Part shown: piece by piece, positions 12,801 to 24,800 of the stretch
Layout of the letters: every line of letters begins with the position of its first letter
Numbering within the stretch: the stretch's first letter is position 1
From: Hydrolagus colliei
Taxonomy: Eukaryota
Assembly: GCA_035084275.1 (NCBI GenBank)
Contig: CM068743.1
Location: forward strand, 73,036,001 to 73,100,000
DNA length: 64,000 bases
Reading direction: 5' to 3'
Position numbers and translations under genes: made by a program
Notes under the pieces: generated by a model
What the model saw: the letters and a program-made list of their open reading frames with translations, nothing else
The model's database searches: none
Told to the model about the DNA's origin: nothing

Positions 12801-15800
12801 CATTTTACAATATATTCTGTGAAGAGCTTTGAGACGTCTCAATGGCGTGATAAGATGCTACATCAAATGGCAGGGTTATTATTCCTATTTCTCTACATAC
12901 CCTGCCAGCCTGGATCAGTTGATAGCAGAACACCTGCCTCTGGGTCATAAAGCCCTGGGTTGAAGCTCCATGTCACACGGCTTTATAGGAACAGGATTAG
13001 GCCATTCAGCCATTTGATTCTGTTTCGCTATTCTATAATACCATGGTTGATCTGTAACTCAAATCACATTACCTGCCTTTGCCCCATATCACTCAATACC
13101 CTGACCTAACAAATATCTATTCACCTCAGTCTTGAAAATTCTAATGGATCCAGCATCCGCTGCCTTTTGGGGGGAGTGGATTCCAGATTTCCACTAACCT
13201 TTGGGTGATAAACTGCCTCCTGATTTCACTCCTAAATGGCCTATCTCTAATTTTATGATCACGACCCTGGATTCCCCAACCAGAAGAAATAGTTTCTCTG
13301 TGTCTACTCTATCGAATCTCATTATTATTTTAAAAAACGCAATTAGGTCACCCCTCAACCTTCAAAATTCATGGGAATACAGTTCAAGTTTATGCAATAT
13401 TCAAGAATGAAATTGACAGATTTCTAATGGAGAAAGGGATTAAAGGATATGAGGATAAAACGGGCAGGTGGAGCTAGATTAGAAGATCAGCCATGATCTT
13501 ATTGAATGGCGGGGCAAGCTTGAGGGGCCGAATGATCTACTGCTGCTCCTTATTCTTAGGTTCTTATGTAACCTGTCTTCATACTTTAACACTTCAAGCC
13601 CCGGTATCATTCTGGTGAACTCGCAATCTAGGCCACTGGTGTTCCAGTGCAGGGAACTGCAGAGCTAGCGGGTAGTGCTAAATTGTCGGAGGTGCCATCC
13701 ATTCGTTGGGATGTTAAATCACATGGCCATTCAGGGGACATTAGAGATCCCATGGGTGACAACATATAATAATAATCCTTGCACTTGATATAGCACGTTT
13801 CACATCTTCTAGATGTCTCAGCACCTCACAGAATAGACTGTAATGTGTGGTGATTATGTATTTCACGGGCGAAACACGGCAACCAATTTGCGCATAGCAG
13901 TGCCCCACAAACAGTCAAGGATTGAATGACCAAATTAGTATTGGTTTTTACTTCTCGGGGATTATTAACAAGCTTGTGGAGCAAGAATACTCGAGAATTT
14001 GCTCTGCTGAGAATCAAACCTAGGTCTCTTGCTTGCAAAGCGAGTGCTCCAACCACTAAGCTACAGGACTCCATTTATCAAAAGAGACGGTAGTTTCTTC
14101 CGCTCAGTGCACTAGTCAACGAGATCAAATTGGGTTGTTTACATCCTGCTTATTTTGAGGGACGTTGCTGTGCGTTGACTGGCTGCTCAGTGTTTCTGGT
14201 TGATGTAATCCCTGAACCTCCAGACACCAAGGACTTTTGCTGACCTTGTGTGTGTGAGAGTGAGTGTGCTGACATTGTGTGTGTGCTCATGCTGCATGTA
14301 TGTGCTGATGCTGTTTGTGTGCGCGTGTGTGTGTGCTGACACTTTGTGCGTGTGTGTGTGTGTGCTGAAGCTATGTGTGTGTGCTGATGGTGTGTGTGTG
14401 TGTGCGCGCTTGTGCTGACACTGTATGTGTGCCCACAGACTGAGTTCTTGGCTGTGGAGATGCGACGTGGCAGAGTAGCCTTTCTCTGGGATGTGGGCTC
14501 TGGCACCACAAGGCTGGAATATCCTGACCTTCAGATTAACAACAATAAGTGGCACAGAATCAAGGCAGCCAGGTATGTCTCTGTCCCTCATGTACCTGCT
14601 GAGGTGCGTGAGGTTCAATAGTAATAATGCAAGTTATTTTGATTTTAATTGGTTACCGAGTAACGTCACACGCGCCCACCACTGAAGGTCCTTTTGTGTT
14701 GACTATCATGGGGTGGGTTGGAATTCTATGGTGTAATTCTTGGGAGACCCCTTGTCCGCACCTCCTACAAGTCTTCATTGTGATGTCTTGAGATTGACTG
14801 CCCCTCTATTATCCTCCAGGTTTGGACGTTTGGGCACATTGTCGGTTCAGGATGTCAGTGCTTCCACCTTGGAAAAGCCAGCGATAAAAAAGACCACATC
14901 TCCTGGGAGCTCCACCGTGCTGGATGTGAATGACTCCACGCTAGTGTTTGTTGGTGGACTGTCCGGGCAGGTCAAGGTCAGTTGGGAGAGATGGCGTCTG
15001 TTGTTTCTCACTGAGCATTTAACTTTTTTGTTGTTGTGTGTTTTGTTTGTGTTAGAATTGACATGTTTCTCCCTTCCCTCTGACTCTTCCCCCTCCGTCC
15101 GTCCCTCCCTCCCTCCGTCCGTCCGTCCGTCCCTCCCTCCCTCCCTCCCCCCGCCTCCTCACCCCCTAACAACAATACTATTCACATGTATGCAGAAGGC
15201 ACCAGCTGTGAAAGTTACCCATTTCAAAGGCTGCATGGGCGAGACCTTCCTCAATGGAAAGCCCATTGGCTTGTGGAACTATCGAGAGAAAGAAGGGAAA
15301 TGTGGTGGATGCTTTTCAAGGTAATCTCTCTGCTCACTGCCACTTTGCTCTATTAAAGAACACTCTGGGAAAGAGTACTTTTAACCAGTACTGCTTTCAA
15401 ACAACATTTAAAGTTAGCTAAGTGGGCGGTTTAGTTCCACAATCAGCCACACTGTGTAGGTCAATGTAGATCATTAATAATAACAATAATACTCTTTGCA
15501 TTTGGTATAGCGCCTTATCATGTAATTGAAAAGTCTCAAAGTGCATCACAGAATATATTTTAGAGTGGATTGACTTGTGTATTTTGCGGAAGAAACGTGG
15601 CAGCAAATTGCACACATTAGTGTGTCCCGCAGACAGTTGAGATTCAATGACCAGGCATGATGGGCCAAATTGCCTCCGTCTAAGATTTTGTGACCTACAT
15701 TTTTCGCGCGCATCAGTCAGAGTGGGAGGCAGAGGAAGTGAAAGGCAGCCACTGTGCATCATCTCTGTGTATGTCGTACAGGCCACAGAACGAAGATCAC

Positions 15801-18800
15801 TCCTTCCACTACGACGGCAATGGTTACTCGGTGGTAGAGAAGACCCTACGCACCACAGCCACTCAGATCGTCATGCACTTCAGCACATTCTCACCAAATG
15901 GCCTCCTGCTGTACCTGGTGTCAAGTGGCATGGTGAGCACCATACGGTTTGGCACTTTCACCTGTAACGCGAAAACTGGGCGTAAGATGCTTCTGAAATG
16001 ATTTGATCTGTTTAGGTAGCCATGCCTTAAGACCTTCCTCTTCGACCATGCATATAGTCGTCTCGCGCCAGTTTGGTGTCAGCCTCGTGACTGTTAAGAT
16101 TTCCGAGACGCTTAGCCTCCGTTAAGGGCACTATATTACACACAAGTTGTTGTAGTTATTTATGTATTGCCTCAATCCTGTCTCTTGTGTCTGGGCAGAG
16201 AGATTTCTTAGCAGTGGAGTTGGTCGATGGGAAGGTTCGGGTGAGCTTTGACCTGGGATCTGGAATTCTTGCCCTCACCTCCAAGAGACGATACAACAAT
16301 GGAACATGGATTAAAGTCGCCTTCCAGCGGAACCGGAAGATAGGTAAGACACCTCCTGCACTGAATACTGATCATCACAGAGACCACCAGATGCTTGATT
16401 ACATTTTTTTAAAAATATATCTTTCAGCGACTATGCCCCAAGCCTCTGGGACTCCCTGCCACAATCCCTCTGCCTTGCTCTCTCTTTGCCCCTCTTTGTA
16501 TCTGAAGGCCTTTCTCTTTGACGATGCTTGTAGTCATCTCCCTTGCTCAGCTATATGGTCTCTCTTTATTGGTGAGGCTTCGTTGGGCACAACATAACTG
16601 TGACTTTGTGGGGTACAAAAAACAGTCACTGGGCGAAATAGAAATTACTGTTACTGTATTATAGGTGCTATAAAGGTACAAGTTCTATTTGTTTACAATG
16701 TGGTTTTAGGGGTTAAACTTTTTAACAATTATTTTCCAGGGTTTGGCAATGCTGCCAGGTATTTTGTTTTTACAGTAAAGAAGTTCTCATTCAAGTAAGG
16801 GACAGAACCAAATCTTGTGGAGTGCTTCCCAATCTCCTCTGTATACCAATAGTTTCCAGTTCCGTTTTGACCACAATTCAACTTGAAAAGGATTTTTCAC
16901 AGTCCAACACCTGACCTTCAGAGATAGATTTGATAATCAGGATACAAGCGCAAGCCAGAATAGTTCAACTATTGCTTCGCTTAAAAAGCTTAAAGCCATT
17001 TTATTTTAAAGCACGCCACATGTGTTTGCAGGTCTGTTGGCTGTTATGGATGCATTTAATTCAACCGACCAAGAAATCCAGAAAGCTGAGTCACCAGGAG
17101 GTTCCTCGGATCTCAACCGCGGGACCAAAGATCCAATCTACATTGGGGGGCTTCCTCGCTCCGGGAAATACAGGTACCTTCATATCCTGGTCACTGGGGA
17201 GGGGCAGGGATTCTTCCCCCTCGCCCCCGCCACACCCCCCATCAAGCCTGCAAGCCAAAGCCTTAACATATAGGGTATTGCTAGCTGGACGAGCAGTGTG
17301 CACCTTGCCGGACAGTGTCCTCAATGGTAAGCTACACAGTTTTAGCTGATTACACTGCAGCCCAATACAGGTATTCCTCACTTAACATCGTAGTTTGGTT
17401 CTTGAAAAGTGTGACTTTAAGCAAAATGACGTTAAGCGAACACGTTTTTCCCATAAGAATTAATGTAGAAACTAGAGTTAGGTTCTTTGGGCCTTTTTCC
17501 GTCAAAATATTATTTTTTTTAAAAAACATTATTCTCGCTCCCCGACTGCCTGCCCGGCTCATTCACTCGCTCCTTGACCGCCTGCCCAGCTCACTCACTC
17601 ACTGCCGGTCTCACTCGCTGCCAGCCTGCTGGTCTCACTCACTGCTGGCTGACGTTATATATTTCATATAAGGTTACAAATGCAACCCAGAATAGTTTGA
17701 TTGTCTATTGAAAAGTTTGTACTTGATGTGATACCCCAGTGTACATTCTGGGGTCCCTAAACCTTGGCACGTGGAAACTTAATTACTCTTTGAAATTGTG
17801 TAAGCAATATGCGTCCTTCCAGGGTGAGAGGGAGTGCGTTGTTTTCCAGATGCAGGGAGATTTCCATATGTAGGTGGTGTTCGTGTGTGGAGGTGTCAGT
17901 CTGGTTTGAATACTGTTTTGCAAACACTGTGGGCTATTTTGTTCTTACAGGAAAGAAGTTCTCAGCCAAACATTTATCGGCTGCTTGAAGAACGTTGAGA
18001 TCTCTCGCTCCACGTTTGACCTGCTTAGGAATTCCTTGGGGGTGAAGAAAGGCTGTCGTCTTCAGGTAATAAAAGTTTGTAAGACAATGAGAACTGTAGC
18101 TTGTAAGTGACTACTGAGGTCAAGGATCCACAATCTTCGCAAACTTTGTATGATTCGGGAAGTGGCTGATAAGTATCTGGAAAAATCTGTGGGGATTGGG
18201 GGGGGGGGGGAGGTGGGGAAGGGATCCATCAAACAGAACAGGATGTATCACTTTCTGATCTTTTCTCTGAACTTTGCTGGATTTCCCATCAGTTTTGCTA
18301 ATCTCGTACATTTGCAAAATTAGTCCCACTGGCTGTTTCTGGAACCAATGCTCTGTGCAAATTGTCTGCCTTATTTGCCTGGAAATCCACAGCCTCTGTA
18401 CCTAACAACAGTTATCTGAGAAGTGCTTTGAAATGTTTTAGGCACTACGCCAAAACCACAGCTTATAATATTTAGATGTCATCCTGGTTCGGTTGGTCGC
18501 ACCTTTGCCTCTCGAGTCGAAAGGTTGTGGATTTAAGTCCCACAAAGGAACTTTGAACTCATATAGTCTAGGCTGACATTTTAATACAGTGCTGGTGGTA
18601 TGCTAGATTCTCAGAGGTGCCATCCTCTGGGCGAGATGTTAACCTGAACTCCTGTCCGCCTGTACTGTAAACATCCCATGAGTGTATTCGCAAAGAGAAG
18701 GGAGTTTCTCCCAGGGAGGTCCTGGCCACCAAATAAAAATGTGATTGCTCTTTATAGTATATCCTGTGAAGTATTTTGCGACGTCCTCCCGACGTGAAAG

Positions 18801-21800
18801 GCATGAATTACTGTCAATGTTTACACATCTGAACCAAACTTTATTTTTAACCAGCCGATCCGAAGTGTGACCATCTTAAATGACGGTTACATTCAACTGC
18901 GACCCAAAGCCTTGCCAGCAGTAGCGGAGCTTATGGCAACCTTTGCCACGAAGAACAAGACTGGCATCATATTGGCCGGTTTTGGCAAGTCTGGCAGAAG
19001 CCGGAGCCGTCGGCAAACCAAGCTGGTGAGTGAAGAACATGAAACCCCGAGAGTTTGGCAACAAAGCATTAATGAGAACAGAAATTCCCTGAAGAGAAAA
19101 AATACTCCAGCAGTTACCCCAACATACACATTGGTGTCCTCAAGCCTTAGCTCTCGCCAGCCTGCACCTAATACTCTTCGGGATTAAGTAAGAAGGATAT
19201 GTCTCTCCAGGGATAGATTGTGTATTCCATTCCATCAAACAGGAATATCTAAAGGAAAGACAAAGATTCAATGAAAGCGGTGCAGGTTAGATTGACAACA
19301 CTGTTGCTAGGAGTGAGTGTTTCAGTTACAAAGAGGGGCTTGAGAAGTCAGGGCTTATTATCAGTGGAGCTGGGAAGGTCATGATGGGAGAGCTTTAAGA
19401 TTATGCAGATTTTTGATAGGGTAAACAGCAACAAATTGTTTCCACTGGTCAATGAGTCAGTAACACAAAGGCACAAATTTACAACAATCACAAACAAAGA
19501 GAATTAAAACATTTGTTTTTCCTTTCCCCCTCTCCCACTTCCCCCAACCCCAATAAATGGTCTTTAGCCATTCTTCGCTATCATGTTGGTTGATGGGCAC
19601 CTGGAGGTCCACATCAACACCGGGGACAGCGTCCACACCAGAAGGCTGGTTGCCAAAGGCACATTGGGAACTTTAAGTGATGGAGAGGAACATTCCATCA
19701 TCGTGAGCAGAAACAAGAGGTGTGTGCACTTCCTCGATGTTGATCGGTTTAGTGGAAACATGGGTCAGATTTCAGCCTATCTCTGCCACTCTCCCATTCT
19801 GGATTCCCTCCAACTCACATCCTCCCTCACTTCTTTCAAGGTCTGTTTCAAGACCTTATACATTCGATGACGTAATAAGGCGCTTTATCAAAATACAGTG
19901 ATCATTATTATTATTGTTATTATCGTTAGTACTGTTAATTAAAACACCATGTAGCTTTTCTCACATTAAAAATAAAATGACCTCTGGACTTATCAGGTTT
20001 GGCTAACGTCATTCCCTGTGAAATTTCCAGGGACACTCTTTATCCACTAGGATGAAAACGATGCCTCCATTTTTTCCACGTTGAACTCTTCTTCCTTATC
20101 TCTTGCAGAATAGTGACGTTGCAGGTGGATGAAGGGCCCCTCTCCGAAGTGAGACTTGGATCCTCAATAGAAAACAGCCCGTTAAACATCACCAGACTCT
20201 ACATTGGTGGGGTTCCAACGGGCGAAGGTGTTACAAGCCTGAAAGTAGCCAAATCATTCAATGGCTGCATCAGGAATTTGGTCTTAAACACTGAGTAAGT
20301 TTGATCCTCGCTAGATCACTGGATAGAAATTGCGTACAATAGAAACAGTGACTACACTAATTACTGTGAAGCATTTTTTTTTTAAAAAAGCATATTCTTC
20401 TTTCCAAGGTTTTGCGTACAGTCAATGGGCGTATGGGCCTGGCTCGGCTTCAAGCTCTGCCACTATCTAGCACTCTAGGTCACTACCCTGTATGAGGCAC
20501 ACTATACAAGTCCTGCAGCTTAGTAGTTAGAGCACTCACCTCACAAGCAAGAGACCTGAGTTCTATTCCCAGCGGGGCAAAACCTTGGGCAAGTTTCCTT
20601 ACTCCACACGCCTGATATTAATACCCTAATAATAAAATTGTTACTTCAATCTATGAACTGTTTGTGGGACACTGCTGTACACAATTGGCTGCCGTGTTTC
20701 ACCCACAAATATACAATCACTTCCCAGTTTATTCTGTGAAAACCTTTGAGACGTCAAGAAGACGTGAAAAGCACTATATCAAATGCAGATTATTTTTAAA
20801 AATATTTATGATATAAATGCAAGTTGTTCTAAATTACATTCTTACATATGTTTTGCATTGTATTTGCTTAACAAAAATGCAGTTCTATAAAAATTATTTG
20901 CTGCATTCAGATGTACTTTTATGAAACAACAGCTTCCATTTATATAGTGTCCCTCATATGAGCTCGGGTAGCGTCCCAGAGCACTTAAACTGATCTGGGC
21001 ACTGATTTCTGTGGTAATCGAGATCAGTGAGATCCTGATCTTCCAATCCCTCTTCCTGACGTGTGAGGTTTCTTCCAGCCCTATTCTCCCACACACAACA
21101 ACAACAAAAAAAATGACACTTGTATAATGCCTTTCGTGTCAGGAGGACGTCCCAAACCACTGGACAGACAATGTTTCAGACCCGAGCTGGGATCGAGAAC
21201 AGAGAGGGTGGAGGGAAAGGAGGGGATTTGGAGTGATAGTGGGTCCGTCGAAGAGGAGGGTCTTGAGACCAGACCTGAAGGAGGCCAGGGAGGGGAAGAG
21301 GTGGAGGGGAGGGACTTTCGATGGAATTCCAAAGGTTGGAGGCAGAGTGGCTGAAGGCTTGCCTGCTGATGGTGAGGCAGGTGGGTCGGGGGACATGGAG
21401 CAGGCCAAAGCCTGCTAAGCGGAATGGGTGGGGAGGTTGGTAGAAGGTTGGTAGAGTGGGGGGAGGCCAGGGAAGGCTTTGAATGTGAGGATCAGGATCT
21501 TGAATTGAATTCTCTGGGTGATGGGGAGCCAATGGAGTCAGGTGAGAATGCAGGAGATGGGATCGTGGAGCTTGGAGTGGTAGAAGGCACGGGCCGCAGA
21601 GTTCTGGATTATCTGCAGCCCATGAAGGGAGCAGCCTAACTACTCGCCAGCTGTGAACTACTGCTTATTTCTCACTTCCTCTACCCTACATAGTGACTCT
21701 CACCCACTGTGGCCCTGGTCTCTATAACTCTACCAAAATCCAATTGCCTAACCTTAAAGAAAATACTTTAATAGTCAATTGTCTCAAACTTTCCCCTCCT

Positions 21801-24800
21801 GCCCAGCGATTCCCCCATTGTCTTTGTAAAGTACTTTGCAAAGTTCAACCTGTCTGAAAGGCTCTGTGTAAATACAAGTTGTTGTGGTTGCTATTGTTGA
21901 TACATTGCGTATGATTTTTTAAAATCTAAACTATTTTTATTACTTCTCTGCAGGTTGCTGGATTTCACTGGTGCTCTGAAGTACAAGAACATCGGTCTGG
22001 ACAGCTGTGAGCTCTCTGAGATGCCCAAAGCTGAGCTGCACCCAGATGAGAGAGCATTGGATTCCTTACCTTCCTTTACCCCTACCCGAGCTGCAGGCAA
22101 AGCTCTGAAGGCAGTGCAACTCAGTCCTTCTCCTGTCAAAACTGTAAGCACAATAGGGTCAACGCCGTTGTTCCATGAAGAAAATGATCAACATTTGGTC
22201 AAGCTTCGCAGATCCCTCCATCCTTCTCCACCTGTCATTGGGTGTCAGCTTAGCTCAGTTGATAACACGGTTCTTGTCTTTCACTCTTGAAGTTTGTGAG
22301 TTCAAGCATTCTTGAGTTAGTCTTGACTAGATTTAAACCTAGGTTCCGTCTGTTCTTTATTTGAGTTTGATGAGGCGCTGGGCCTCATCTGAGGAACCAG
22401 ATTGTCTTATCATGTGGTTCATGTTTCCGTAGTCATAGTCAGGTGCCTCCCTACTGGGAAGAGAAGCTCAGAAGGGGAGGTTGCTGCAAAGGCTCACTCT
22501 CACATGCAGTATCCTGGCATTTCCTTACCTCTCCAACCTGCTTACTTCTGCACTCCACCACCTGCTGCCTCCGTTCGTCTGCCTCCAGCTGACTATATTT
22601 ATCCCTGTTCCCCTCCTCAACAGCAACAACAACTTCGATTTATATAGCGCCCTCCACGCAGACAGCGTCTTACAATAGCGGATCCCGGGACCGAGCCAGG
22701 GGCAGGGGCAGAAAAGTGACCAAAAGCACTGTTGAAAACAAAGGTCTTCAGCTGTGACCTGAAACTGGGAAGAGAGGGGGCGAGGCGAAGGTAGTGAGGA
22801 AGGGAGTTCCAGAGCCTTGGAGCGTAGTGGCTGAAGGCCCAGCCGCCAAGGGTGGAGCGGAGGATTCGGGGGACATGGAGGAGGCCAACCCAGTGGAGCG
22901 AAGGCAGCGCGTGCTGGATTGGGGGGAGAGGAGATCCGAAAGATAGGGGGGGTGCAGAGGAGTGGAGGGATTTGAAAACAAGGGTGAGGATCTTGAAGTC
23001 GATCCTCTCTGGATCTTGAAGTCGATCCTCTCCTCTCCACAATCAATGGCTGTGCTTTCGTCCACTATCCCCCGAAACTTTGGAATTCTCTTCCTCAATG
23101 CCTCCGCCTTGTCCCTTCATTTCCCCTGAAGACGTCACTTACTGTTACCTCCCCCTGGCTCAGGGTTGTGCTCCACCACTGTTCAGCACTTCGAGACCCG
23201 ACCCTGCAAGAAGGGAACTGTATAAATACAAGTTGTTTTTGTTGACTGACGTAATCTTAGATGTGGGCTTCCTGCCCATCGCCCGTGCTGGTGCTCAAGT
23301 GAGGGATGAGGAAGGGGAGGAATGATAGTGGAAGTAACACATTTTTATTCTCCATTATATGACTTCCCAGGGTTTTCTGAACATGTGTGTTTTTCTCCCA
23401 TTCTGGTCAACAGGCGCAGTGTGCGGTAGATGAATTGCCAGAGATTTATTCCAAATCCTACCAATTTGGACTTGCACAAGGCAGTCACATGATATTGTCT
23501 CTTGACGAGACCACAGTGAAGAGAAAGTAAGTGCAGGATGTTGTGCTATTCAGTGACTGTGAACGATGTGGGCTATTTGCCCTGGACCACAAGTCAGAGA
23601 TTCAATGATGCTGAAAGTCCCATTGGGTGTCTGTCTGGTTCAGTTGGTAGAACTTTGAGCTCATACCCTAAGACGACACTCCCAATGCAGGGAAGTTAAG
23701 TAGTAGGTGCCATTATTTAGTGTCTTGTCCAGCGATCCCCAAAATAAAATGGGTTATTCACTTCGTGGCTATTTGTGGGTCATTGCTGTGTGCACCCATT
23801 GGGAGCCACATTGACATATAAATACCCAATAACTACATTTTCACAACAAAATCCTCTGAAGCACTTTGAGATGTTTCACTGTTGTGATGAGGCACTGTAT
23901 CAAAGTTGTGTAAGATGGTGATTATTATCAATTGTCGTGTCGCTTTAAGAGTCCATATTTTGCCTATAGATCACTGGGGAGAACTTCCACCTGGATCTAG
24001 ATTTCACATAAAAAAGGATTATGAGAATGTGGAAGACTCCATCCCGGAAAATCTTACAGACATAATGTTTGAAATGTTCAATTGGGAGATAGTTAGTTTC
24101 TTGGAAATTAAGACTATTGTGGGAGCAGATGAAAAATTGGAATTAAATGATCCATCATGATCTAGTGATTTGGTTTTGCTTTTCAACCTTCCCCCTTCAC
24201 CGCTAGACAGTCACATGTCTTCCTTAATCTGTTACAGAAACCTTTACAGAAACCTTGGCTTTCCTGATCAGAGCTTTGACTGTTTGTTGCAATGACAAAG
24301 TTTATAGTTGCTGAGCATTAGGGCATCTGCTAAGCTCTGAGCTTCTTTGGCTCAGTGGTTAGAGCACTCACTTTACAAACATCGGACCTGTGTTTGAATC
24401 CAGGCAGGTCAGGGTGAAACCTTGGGCAAGTTTTCATACTCCAAACACCTAAAAACAATCCCTCCCAAAAAACAAACAATAATAAAATTGGTCATTTCAA
24501 TCCACGACTGTTAGTGGGACACTGCTGTGCGGAATTGGCTACCGCATTTCTCCCAAAAACATACAGTCAATTCACTTTACAGTATATTCTGTGAAGCGCT
24601 TTGACATGTCTAGAAGATGTGAAAAGTGCTAAATCAAATGCAAAGATTATTATTATTATTATAGAATAAACTGGTCTCTTCGTTCAAAATGTGAACCACC
24701 TTTCCCTCTTGTTTCCACCAGAGGGCTGCCTTATCCCTCCATGTGCAAAGCCACCGTGCAGGATTTGGCTTTCCTGATCAGAGCTTTGACTGTTTGTTGC

